A stretch of DNA of 63,785 nucleotides, filler included, from Octopus bimaculoides (taxonomy: Eukaryota), in the NCBI RefSeq assembly GCF_001194135.2. It is 5 parts of 5 records of this genome, joined end to end, with 100 filler letters (N's around TTAATTAATTAA, not from the genome) between each part and the next. Parts side by side here need not be neighbours in the genome. Positions count along the whole stretch, not along the records: positions 21,874 to 51,693 come from NC_068982.1; 4 more parts are not named here. One strand, 5' to 3'. The translations under genes were made by a program, and so were the position numbers. The notes below the pieces were generated by a model. That model was not told the DNA's origin. It saw only the letters and a program-made list of their open reading frames with translations, and ran no database searches. This document shows positions 24,495-35,914 of the stretch, in pieces (within the stretch, counting starts at the first letter, position 1; each line of letters opens with the position of its first letter).

Positions 24495-25937
24495 ATATGA
24501 GCATGTCTAGATATGCAACTATATGCATGAGAATACATACATAAAACAAAACATACAAATCTGCACACATACATACATGTATACAAAAATACTCTGTTGT
24601 TGATGTTGAAATTCCAATGAAGGAGCTTTGGATCTAGGTTAGAAACTGGCTCTTTCTCTATTGGCAAGAAATCTTGAAATAAAACTGAACAATGACATAC
24701 ATACTTTTGAACCGGTTTCTTTGTGAAACTACAACTATGCTTGGGTGCTGTTTTCAGAGGTTTTTCGTCAGTCATAATGACACCAGGACTTATTTAATTC
24801 TAGTACTCATTTTATTTTGCTTTCTTTTTTAATTTGGCATGCAAGATTCTTGATGTGAATATGTGTATTGAAATAAATTTTGTTGTGTCTTGGGAGAGTC
24901 ATTATGCCATGGCATACTGACTGACTAAAAATTTAAAATTTTAGCACAGAACTTGTCTTCATTTAACCAGTAGTGTTGTTTCAAGCTTATAAATACATTT
25001 TTTCTACATTTTCACATGCTTGTTGTACGTATTCTTGCACAAATGTACTTAACATTCTGTATCATGCTGAATCTCCCTGAGAACGACATTAAGGGTACGC
25101 ATATCTGTGGAATGTTCAACTGGAACACTTGTCGTAACCGACGGAGTGCTTTGTTTTATTTTGAAAGATGGGTTACATATGTCTCAGTGATAGGTTGTGC
25201 ATGTTTGTATGAGAGAGATAGTCTTTCTCTCTTTCTCTCTCAATGCTTATCTATCTATCTGTCTGTCTCTCTACCTGCTTATATATCTATCTGTACATCA
25301 GCATATATGTGCATGTGTGTGTGTAAGTCTGCACACACACACACACACATACACACACACACACATGCACTTGCATGCATATATATACATCGCCATGTAT
25401 AAATCTACTGTTTCTTTACTTCCCCTACTAACTGCTTGTTAAGTTTCTCCTACTTAAATTGTAGTTATCTCTCTTTTTTTCTTTCTTCCTTTCCTTCTTT
25501 CTTTCTTTCTTTCTTTCTCTCTCTTCCTTTCTCACATGCACACTCTCTCTCTTTCTCTTTAAATATATTCATGTAATATGTGTAAGTGCGTGTGCTATGG
25601 GCCGAAGGATGTGTCTACATGAATGTGTGTGTGTGTGTGTGTGTGTGTGCATGCGCGTGCATCATATTTTCTACATCCATCAACTATGTGACTTTTTCTC
25701 ATCCTTGCTATCCCCCTGGCACTACTTCCATTTTCGGTATTTATCTACTTTAATCTATTACTTCAAGCTCAGTCCAAAACACAAACCAGCCCTAACACCT
25801 ACCTCCCCCACCCCTGCTCCTGAAATAGCAGCCCAACATAGCATTTGAGTCTTATGCAAAATGATCAGTACTGATGCTCTGCACTGGACAAATGAGGCAA
25901 TTGCCTGGGAACATAAAAGAAAATCTTTGCCTGAGTA

Positions 25938-26132
25938 CAGTAATTCCTCACCATATCGCGATTTATTATTTAAGCTTGCGTCGATTCCTTTGTGGTGTTG
26001 TTTAGCATTTATAAAAAAATAAATATATACAAATTATAAAAATAACAAAAAAAAAACATACAGTACAGTACTGTTTCTACTTCGCGGATTTTCACCTATC
26101 GCGGGAGGTTTTGGAATGTAGAGGGATTACCG
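25938..26132. mobile_element. pogo/Tigger-type MITE
   Basis: TA-CAGTAATTCCTC...GAGGGATTACCG-TA: degenerate TIRs, TA target duplication, internal atcgcg motifs. Confidence 0.55.
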
Positions 26133-28496
26133 TATCTATGAGCACAGGCATTGCTGTGTGATATGAAGTTTGTTTCTCAATTGCATGGTTCCAGGTTCAA
26201 TCCCTCTGAGTGGTACTTAGGCTAATATCTTCTACTATAGCCTTGAGCTGAACAAAGCTTTGCAAGTGGATTTGATGGACTGAAGCTAAAATAAGCCTAT
26301 CATGTGTGTGTGTGTGTTTTTTGTTTACTCCCCACCCTTCACTTGACAACTGGTGCTCGTTTGTTTACACTTTCGTAACTTACCGGTTCAGCAAAAAGGG
26401 GCTGATAAAATAAGTAGCAGGGTTAGAAAAGAAAAGTATGTACTGGGGTCGATTTGTTTGACTTAAACCCTTGAAAGCAGTACCCCAGCATGGATGAATT
26501 CTAATGATTGAAACCAGTAAAAGACAAAAGATATGTCAACAAAGAATTGATGTAGTTGTTTGAACAATACTTTAGCAATATTAGAAGACTCAATTGTCAG
26601 CAGCTGAAGTATTGTACACTGTATATTATTATAAGCTACTGCTCCTGGCTGTGTTCAGCACAGTCATCACTGGGGGAATTGTGGTGGTGGTGGTGGTGGT
26701 GGGGCTCCTTTGTAAGACTTCTCTACATCTCAGAATAGCCTAAGGCCAACCGGAATGCACTCTATGTCCATTCAAATACCACTAAAGTCAACTGATATAT
26801 GCACAAAAAGAAAAAAAAGTGGAACCCAACTGATTTTCATTTCTTTTATGCAAATTATCTGTTATAAATGTGTTCTATTATTTTTTGTACATGTCTAAGT
26901 AACTCATTCTGATGATGTCTTTTGTGGTAGAAACGTGCATCCACATATGTCGTCATGAATGGTGAGCCAATTGAAAAAATACTTGATTATTGGGATTGTG
27001 TACTCATCTCATTTAGAATTTTTTCCTTTACTTATAACAAAGTTCTTACAGTTTCAGTGCTAATCATGTATAGCACCATTTCATTCTTTTTAGAAATTGT
27101 CAGTATTATATAACCTGTGATTTATTAATCAAACATTACTTTACTAAGTGTAACATTGCATTAAAGAAAGAAATTACAGTCTGGAGAAAATTCATGGAAT
27201 GTGTTTTTTACTTTTTCCTTGATAAAACATTAGTAGAGTAAGAATTGAGACAACTCCACAAACCAGTTTCCAATATGTCCTTTGAGGTGTAGACAATCGC
27301 TTCAAGCTGCTATTTCTCATTGGTAATCCATCATGTATGTAATCAAAGAAAAATTAAGTTGGCTCCTGATTTAAAAGAATGCTTTAGACTCAATATGAAG
27401 AAACTGACAATCACAAATTGTCCCATCTTTAAGGCGATTCAGTTAATAAAACCAGTTTACACATTTCTTTTGCATCCTCTTTTTTATAATTGTCATTTTA
27501 CTTGTAACTACACCTTTTCTGTTTAAAAACCCATAAAAAATTAATTTTGAGCAGTTTTGGGGCCTGGAACAGATTAATTATATTTTAGTTAATTTCAATG
27601 GAGAAAAGTGATTTGTTAAACCAGTAAATTATAAGATGAGCTTGGTCATGGAATGAATTAAACTCGTACTGCGAGGTATCACTGTATTAGTAGTAATTAT
27701 TGCACTTAGCAGGCTTATGCTTATCCAGTTCCCTAGCTAACAACACTTGGTCTCTCATCATATTAGGGCTGAATTAGTTTGAAGAGAAATATAGCGTATT
27801 AAGGTACATATTTCTATGGAATGCTCAGCCACTTCCCTTGCATAGAAATCAGCAGAGCCGTGGGTGTAATAAACACAATACACTCAGGGGAGATAATTCA
27901 TATAAGCACATTCTGGATTTTAGCTAGGATCCATGTTAGCAATTCCATTTTATAACAAACATGTTTTGATATATGTGCGCAGCTATATACTTATTTCTAC
28001 ATACACATTCTTATATTCTTTTACACTCAAGCATATTTTATGGCTATTTACAGCATTGTTTGATGCATCTTAAATATTTCTTCAGTGAGATGTAATATTC
28101 TCAGATCTGATTTATTACTTCCTGAACCTTTTATTTATTTATCTATTTTTTAAATTTATTTTAGCGACACATACTTTAAGACCACACCTATATACTTGTC
28201 TTAATGTATTAACCAATCAATAAATTTAAAGACCAAATGCTTTTACAGCACCCTTGTATTTTTAATATACGTCCTGTATAAACACAGTACATAGAATGAA
28301 TACAACTCAATATATTCTACACTTCAGTTATCACACATATCCTGTATTCATATACTGTCTCCGCTTATACAGCATCGCATTTTTACAACTACCACATAAC
28401 AACTCCATTACTTGATTTATTAACATTAGTCTTCTGCAACAATACACAACTATTTCTCTATTGGTCTATTAAGGTTACCATTGGTTTCATATTATG

Positions 28497-28604
28497 AAAA
28501 AATATCTTAAAATCTTAATAATTTTTCAAGCTGATCACATGGAAGAATGGTGTTCATCTCCATGTGGTCAGCTTGAAATATTGTTAAGATATAAAGATAT
28601 TTTT
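28497..28604. ncRNA. Pre-miRNA-like hairpin candidate (or palindromic repeat remnant) 3' of PPIL6
   Basis: ~32-bp core stem (28512-28590) with one mismatch and two G-U pairs on the + strand, plus an 11-bp basal stem. Confidence 0.35.
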
Positions 28605-28724
28605 CTTAACATGAAACCAATTGCACCCTAAATACACAAATAAAGATGCAGTGTTGAGCACTTATTCTCATTATTCGACATTTACATATATATATATATG
28701 TACACATATATATATACATACATA

Positions 28725-28775
<51 letters not shown>

Positions 28776-28978
28776 GCACACACACACACACGCACACATA
28801 TGTATATAAACAAATTTATGCACACACTCATAACCACAAACATGAGTTCACACACACACACACACACACAACATACAAATACAGTGTTGCGTTGTGTGAG
28901 TACGTGCATACACACATATTTTGTGTGCACATACATGTGTGAGTGTGCTTTTATATCTGCTTATGCAAAATAAGAAGT

Positions 28979-29453
28979 TTATATATCCTTGGAGTCTTCT
29001 GTCGGAGACATCTTTTCTTTTTCATCTGGTTCAACTTTTTCCTCATCTTGGGGTTCATTTACTACATCTTCAAGTGCAACTAAAACATCATCCGGCACAT
29101 TTACTTCATCATCTGGTGCATCAGCTTCAACTTCTGGTGCATTTACTGCATCTTCTGGTATATTTACTACATCTTCTGTTACATCTACAATATTTTCTAG
29201 TTCATCTGTTTCCTTTTCTGGTATATCTGCTGTGTTTTCTTGTTCATCTGATGTATGTTCCTCTTCAGAATCTTCGTCCTCTTTTGCAACAGACAGAATG
29301 CTTCCCGACATGTTAGATAGTGGCGTATAGCAAATAGCCTCTTTAAAATTAAATGTCTCACATTTGTGGATCCTTATAGGTTTGATGGGTCTCTCGTTGA
29401 ATGTTTCTTGTTCTTCTAATGTCTGCAGAAGCTCAGTGCCTTCAAGAAGTTGA
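28979..29453 (-). CDS. PPIL6: PPIL6 exon 8 (terminal): QLLEGTELLQTLEEQETFNERPIKPIRIHKCETFNFKEAICYTPLSNMSGSILSVAK + acidic tail ending SKDI*
   Basis: Strong acceptor ttcttcttttttcgtgcag|, phase 2 matching exon 7. QLLEG..LL..LE...T.NERP motif. The frame continues unbroken into the supplied ORF 28979..29311 and ends at TAA. Confidence 0.93.
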
Positions 29454-31705
29454 CTGCACGAAAAAAGAAGAAAAAAAAAATTTTAAAGTAAGAAAAAATG
29501 CAGACAAGGAAGATAGAATACTTTCTGAAACAGTTGCTACTAATGATGGTGATGATGGTGGTGGTGGTGGTGGTGGAGGAGGAGGTGGTGGTGGTGGTGG
29601 TGATGATGATGGTGGTGGTGGTGGGGGTGGGGTGGTTTACATATCTGATGATAATGTGAACAAATTGAAAAGAAATAGAATTCAACTCTGATGAAGAGCA
29701 AATATTAACTGCATGAAGTTATAGTTCCAGCTTCCAACATTTCATAGTGATTGTGTAAATGAACAGTGGAAGCAGACTGGGTAGCAGATGCAGTGGCAGC
29801 AGCACTAGGGGGTGGTTTTAGTGACAATGATGATGGTGATGATGATGGTATCTTTATGGGAAAATAATTGACAAATTGCTTGAAAACTATGTTACAGTCT
29901 TTTACTGACTTAACTTGTATGTATGTATGTATGTATGTATGTGTGTGTGTGTGTGTGTATGTGCGTGTGTGTGTGTGTGCATGTGTGTGTGTGAATTAGG
30001 CTTCTTAATGAGTATTATTTTAAGTATTATTATTTTCTTTGTTTTTGTTCAAAGTCTGTTTTAATTTATGTGGGATCTGAAAAAATAATAACAAGATATA
30101 CAATGCATAAATGTGTGTCCATGTGTACATGTTATGCATGAGCATGCAGATGTGTGTGTGTGTGTGAGTGAGAGTGAGAGTGAGAGAGAGAGTGAGAGAG
30201 AGAGAGAGAGAGAGAGGGTAAAACTATGGCTGAAATATTTTCTGTCTGTCTGTCTGTCTCCCTCTTATTATCACTGTTATATATTATATATATTGATTGA
30301 TACAGCAAGATCCCTGCAGGAAGCGGTCATAAAGGCTAGCTGAGATGTATTTAGGAGGCTGAAAACTATGAATTTTTAACTTAATTTAATATTTTAACTT
30401 TAAATCAGTCCATTCCTTGTCTCTCTCATCATTTCTTTTCATATTCTTTTCTACAGAAATCAAGAGATGACAATACACACCTGCACCAAATTCTAATATA
30501 CCTGATAGTATACCTGATATCTCTGACTCCAATTTCTAAGGAGTTTAATTCAAACAAACCTAGCAATATATAAAATGGGTTCAGTCCTAATGAGCAAAGA
30601 GAAATAACTCAGTGTGGCCAGTGGCGTGAAATTGCTCAACAAAGACGAAAAAGATATACTAAATGCCAAATTAGATGACTTCCTGATTTACTGAAATAAG
30701 GGAAAGTAATCATCATCATCATCATTATTTAACGTCCGCTTTCCATGCTAGCAAGGGTTGGACGATTTGACTGAGGACTGGCGAACCAGATGGCTACACC
30801 AGGTTCCAATCTGATTTGGCTGAGTTTCTACATCTGGATGCCCTTCCTAACGCCAACCACTCCGAGAGTGTAGTGGGTGCTTTTATGTGCCACCGGCACG
30901 AAGGCCAGTCAGGCAGTACTGGCAACGGCCACGCTCGAAATGGTGTATTTTATGTGCCACCTGCACAGGAGCCAGTCCAGTGGCACTGGCAACGACCTCG
31001 CTCAAATGTCTTTTCACATGCCACCGGCACACGTGCCAGGAAGGCGACGCTAGTAACGATCATGCTCAAATGGTGCTATTTACGGGCTCTGGCAACGATC
31101 ACGCTCGGACGGTGCTCTTAGCACTCCACTGGTACAGGTGCCATTATGATTTCGCTTTNNNNNNNNNNACAGGTCTTTGCAAGCCAAGTTTAGTGTCCAA
31201 TGAAGGAGACGTTGGCATGGGTGCCAGTCGTCGAATTTAGTTCAATTTCGATTTCACTTGCCTCGACAGGTCTTCGCAAGCGGAGTTTAGTGTCCAATGA
31301 AGGAAAGGCACACATAAGTGGGCTGGCTACTACCCTGGCAGAGGCCTCGGATTATAGTCTCACTTGGCTTGCTGGGTCTTCTCAAGCACAGCATATTTCC
31401 AAAGGTCTCGGTCACAAGCCATTGCCTTGGTGAGGCCTAATGTCCGAAGGTCATGCTTCACCAAAATAAGTACTTAATGGTAATTGCAGTCAACTCTAAT
31501 GAGAAGGATAGATAATCTGATAAATCAAGAATACTCTGGAATTAACATGCCATTAAGGGAAACTTGGTTTGTTTGTGTTTTTTTTATCTCTCTGGAGACC
31601 AAAGTATAGCTGTGAATATGTTTCTACTTCGATATGTACCAACAGCAGAGAATATTTATGGCATAGGGTAACTTACATAACTTTGCAGGGACTTTTTCAT
31701 ATTGA

Positions 31706-31950
31706 CCCTTTAACTGCAAAATTAATTTCATGGTTATTCCAGTGATAATGATAAATATCTACCAAGAAGTTGAATTGGTATTTTCTGCAAGTCATATTGC
31801 CTCAGAATATTTGATATGTCTTAGTCTCAACAACAAAAAGTTTTAAAAATGACTTTTTCAACAAAAGACAGATTGTAATGTAAAATTGCCTTCTGTAGTT
31901 AAGGGTAATGGAATTTTGAGTCAATATATCTGATTCCTGCAGTAAAAGGG
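31706..31950. mobile_element. piggyBac-like MITE in PPIL6 intron 7
   Basis: TIRs CCCTTTAACTGCA / TGCAGTAAAAGGG with TTAA-like flanks. Confidence 0.5.
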
Positions 31951-33093
31951 TTTAAACAGCTAATTTCAGTTCCAGAATGAGTTCCAGAATGTGACAATAT
32001 TTCAAAGAAATATGGAGGTAAAACAATTGAACTACAAACTACCTACAAATTAAAAGTTTAAAATTTACTATATTCATTTTATTGTTTCTGAGCAGAGCTC
32101 TAATTGTACACTGTTACTATTTGCTTAGTTGTAGACAATAGGTGCCACATCATCTGACACTGCTAGATTCCACAATAGGCAAAAATCCTGATCAGAAGCA
32201 AAGTTATTTTTTTATGTGCTTCATACTACAAAGCAGGGGTTTAAGAACATATTTTTAAGAGCCTCTTAAGGTGAAGAAAATAATAAATTTTCTTACATCA
32301 TAAAAATTTAGAAACTTGAGAGACATGAAATGAATTATTTTTAATAGTGAAACTCAAAGTAGATTGAGCTACAAATAACAGCATTCAAATGGCAAAAGTT
32401 GAAGGCTACCCATGGGACACAAACCTACATCTGTAAACATGACAGATGTTTTGATTGTCTCGTAGGTAGTTTTTGACTTTTTCCATCCAAAGGGATTTTT
32501 AACTTTATATTTACATGCTATTATTTATTGCTTTATCTACTTTGAGTTCCATTGTTAAATACAAATTTATTTTTTTTATTTTTGGGAGTAATTGAATATA
32601 TTATTCACTGAGGAACAAGAAAGGAACACATGGTAAATGACAAAAGAAAGGGGATGCTGATATATCTGACATGGTTATTCAAAACTAGATCTGGATGAAA
32701 TCTCAGTTATCTAATAACCAAGACCAGAACAGAAATGGTGACAGGAAAATACAGGTCAATATTAAGATAGCTAAATATGTAACTTGTAAATAAATTTTTG
32801 TACTTGTTGTATTTGTGTTAATGTAAATTTTGTTGATCTATAAACTTGAATATTTATACAAATTAACAAAATAACAGATGATATATTCATTAATAAATGA
32901 TCAAACATAAATTTATGTAGTTTACTAAGGTTACTAAATGCAAATGACAAAGTATTTATTAGCTATAGAAACACTATCATTGTTTATATCAAAAACATTT
33001 GATTTGGTAGTTAGTGGTATAAAACAATGAATTTTCTTTAACAAGCAGACAGACGAAAAGTGAATTGAAACACAGTTACTGAAAACATCTTAC

Positions 33094-33229
33094 CCAAAGG
33101 CAACATATTTATGATTCATCCAAGGTGTTTCTACTAAAGTTATAAAAAATTGGGAAGCATTTGTATGCCGTCCATGGTTAGCCATTCCTAGCATGCCCCG
33201 TTTGTTGAAAGGTACACAAAAATTTTCAT
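33094..33229 (-). CDS. PPIL6: PPIL6 exon 7: [46 protein letters not shown]
   Basis: ttattctttag| acceptor, GG|gtaaga donor, 136 nt. Cyclophilin DENF..., GMAN.G..TN.SQFFIT, K.V.FG motifs. Confidence 0.96.
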
Positions 33230-33775
33230 CTAAAGAATAAAGAAATTTTAAAGACAAATTAAGAAACAATGTTTATGGTTCAATTATGTGAAAAACTGAA
33301 AATAAATAAGGAACTATTCTAGTGTAGATATTACTTGAATTTTAATTACAAGAAGCTTTAAGTAGAATAATAAAATTTATGTTCAATTTCTCGGTTATTA
33401 TACTTTATAATTGGTTACAAAATTTTCATTAAATCAAATGAGATAACTGAATATTCATTGCAAATCAGAAATCATTAAAGATACATTTAACAAGTATAAT
33501 GGGTGCTAAACCCTGTATCCCACAAAGCCTAACTGAGCAGTACAATGGTGATATATATTAAACATAATCTGATCTGAATGTATCAGATAATTTCATAAAA
33601 GACCTTGCTCTCTTAGAAACCCATTGGTATCGGTACTGTTAATAATACATATTCCTCAATTGCTCTTTCATTAAAATTTTTTTCAAAAGCTAAACTTGCA
33701 ATCATGAAATGGATGTAGACCCTGTTACCAGTAATCAATTTGATTTTCTGTATACACTCATTATCATGAGCACAA

Positions 33776-34260
33776 TAAAGGCAGTGAGCTGGCAGAATCA
33801 TCACCATGCAAGGACATAATGCTTAATGGTATTTCTTCTGGCTTTTCATTCTGAGTTCAAATTCTGCCAAGGTCTACTTTGCCTTTCATCCTTTTGGGGT
33901 AGATAAAATAAATACCAGTTGAGCACTAGGGCTGATGCAATTGACTAGCCCCCTCCTCCAAAATTTAGTATATTTTGTGGTACCAAAGACTCCAATTCAT
34001 GAGGGTATTCAATGTAAAGGCACATGGCTCAGTGGTTTGAACATTGGGTTCACAATCAACAGGTAGTGATTTTGAATCCCGGACCAGGCTGTGTGTTGTG
34101 TTCTTGAGCAACACACTTTATTTCATGTTGCTCTAGCTCACTCAGCTATTGAAATGAGTTGTGACGTCATTGGTGCCAAGCTGTATTAGCTTTTGCCTTT
34201 CCTTTGGACAACATCAGTGGATGGAGAGCAGAGGCCTATAGTAGAAAGCATTATGATGAT
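33776..34260 (+). mobile_element. SINE family A copy interrupted by an inverted 260-bp duplicate (PPIL6 intron 6)
   Basis: Head aaggcagtgagctggcagaatc, core, then tail ..aaaattt|insert|cctatagtagaaagcatt. Confidence 0.8.
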
Positions 34261-34312
34261 CACAATAAAGTAGTTGTACAAATGGAATATATAGTCAAGT
34301 GAAAATACCAAC

Positions 34313-34369
34313 CTTCAAATTCGCCTCCATATATAGACTCTCCATCATTACCACGACCATAGCACACAT
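34313..34369 (-). CDS. PPIL6: PPIL6 exon 6: DVCYGRGNDGESIYGGEFE(D)
   Basis: ctctcttccag| acceptor, G|gttggt donor, 57 nt, phase 1/1. Cyclophilin G.G..GESIYG..FED motif. Too short for the ORF track. Confidence 0.94.
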
Positions 34370-34488
34370 CTGGAAGAGAGAGATTCTAGGTTATTATTTA
34401 ACTTATGCAAACAGCTTTATCAACTAGGAGAACTGTGGTTTTCTATGCATCCATACAAAAATCTATGTATTCATCCATACATTCATAT

Positions 34489-34533
<45 letters not shown>

Positions 34534-34767
34534 TATATGTATTATATTGCATGAAATGAGAAATAAGGAAAGCTTCTAACAATGCAGAAAGTTTTTAAAT
34601 CCTTTATACTACCTCACTACAATGTGCCAAGTGAACTTCAACACTCTTCTTATATTGCATATTCTAGTGCATTCAAATATCTCTCACATCAGTGTTTTCA
34701 TCATCAAGGAATCTATTAGGGTAGAGTAAGACACCTTTATGATGAGTTGGTTTAACATTGTGAAAAG

Positions 34768-35105
34768 GATAAAGATCCTCTTCAGTCATGAATGACCATG
34801 GAATTGCACCTAGAAAGTTACCTTCCAAGGCACAAGCCCAGAGAAGTTTGTTTATGGAAGACCAGCAGTTGCCCATGCATACCAGCCTCTGCTCTCCATG
34901 CCACTGATGTTATCCAAGGGAAAGGCAAAGGTCGATACAGCTTGACACCAATGATGTCACAACTCATTTCGACAGCTGAGTGAGCTAGAGCAACATGAAA
35001 TGAAGTGTTTTGCTCAAGAACACAACACACAGCCTGGTCCAGGATTCAAACTCACTACCTATTGGCTGTGAACCCAATGTTCAAATCATTGAGTCATGTG
35101 TTTTT
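34768..35105 (-). mobile_element. tRNA-headed SINE family E (PPIL6 intron 5)
   Basis: tgctcaagaacacaac..cctggtccaggattcaaactc (B-box on the minus strand). Other copies at 15045-15345(-), 19393-19640(+), 34015-34235(+). Confidence 0.8.
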
Positions 35106-35870
35106 ACATTGAATACACACATGAGTTGGAGGCTTTGGTACCACGATATATATATATATATATACTCAATTTTCTAGTTCAAGCGGAATGTACGCACCAC
35201 ACACAATGCACTCTGGCATTGCCCGGGTCATTGATAACAATAACACCATGACCAACTGGTATTGTAGTACATATCTCTGATAAGGAAAAACTGATTTGAA
35301 ATTGTACCAATTAATGAACACAGTGTGCATTCCAACCAATGAAGGGACATGCACCACGAGCAGACTTGTGTGTGTATGTGACCTTAATTTGCCCTCGCAT
35401 AGATGTATTATTTTGTGGTACCAAAGCCTCCAACTCATGTGTGTATAAAGTTAAAAATCCCTTTGGATGGAAAAAGTTGTCTTCCCTAAGGTTATCAGGT
35501 CAGACATTTGTTTTCCATCGTACCACTTATATTATAGTACATGCTCAACCGCTGTGAAAAACAGGGAGATTGTAGCAAATTCCTTACAAACTTTGTGGTT
35601 TATGGAATGAATAATAGGCATGAATATATACTAATAATGATAAGCAACTTTGCATAAATCGGGTTGAATAAGGAGAAAGATGTTTAAGGCAAAAAAAACC
35701 AAAGGTTTTCGTCATTGGGAGTTTTAAATTGTTTAAATTTTATTGTTATTATACTGTTTACACTTAAAATCCATTGTATCGTCCTGTTTTTGTCTTTTAC
35801 GTTGTTGTATGTGTCTTAATGTAATTTTATGTACGCCCTTGTGACCAATGAATTAATTAATTATTATTAA

Positions 35871-35914
<44 letters not shown>

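Noticed and set aside
24426-24495. 24-bp hairpin that looks like a pre-miRNA
   Set aside because: Both arms encode the same Penelope peptide (RVKPP) in opposite orientations, so it is the element's 5' inversion junction rather than an independent gene.
23685-24580. 85-bp direct duplication (~23685-23775 and ~24492-24580)
   Set aside because: It flanks the Penelope remnant and is most simply part of its terminal-repeat structure.
28921-29330. Two + strand ORFs (131 and 113 aa)
   Set aside because: Antisense shadows of the repetitive acidic PPIL6 exon 8.
29401-29691. + strand ORF MFLVLLMSAEAQCLQ...poly-Gly
   Set aside because: Antisense of the exon 8 start and its polypyrimidine tract, plus a (GGT)n microsatellite.
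33613-33721. Exon-like piece VYIHFMIASLAFEKNFNERAIEEY in intron 6
   Set aside because: It needs phase 2 while intron 6 is phase 1, has no good donor, and is not needed for the cyclophilin alignment.
34673-34823. Exon-like piece AIPWSFMTEEDLYPFHNVK...
   Set aside because: It begins inside the 3' part of a family E SINE and shows no similarity to PPIL6.
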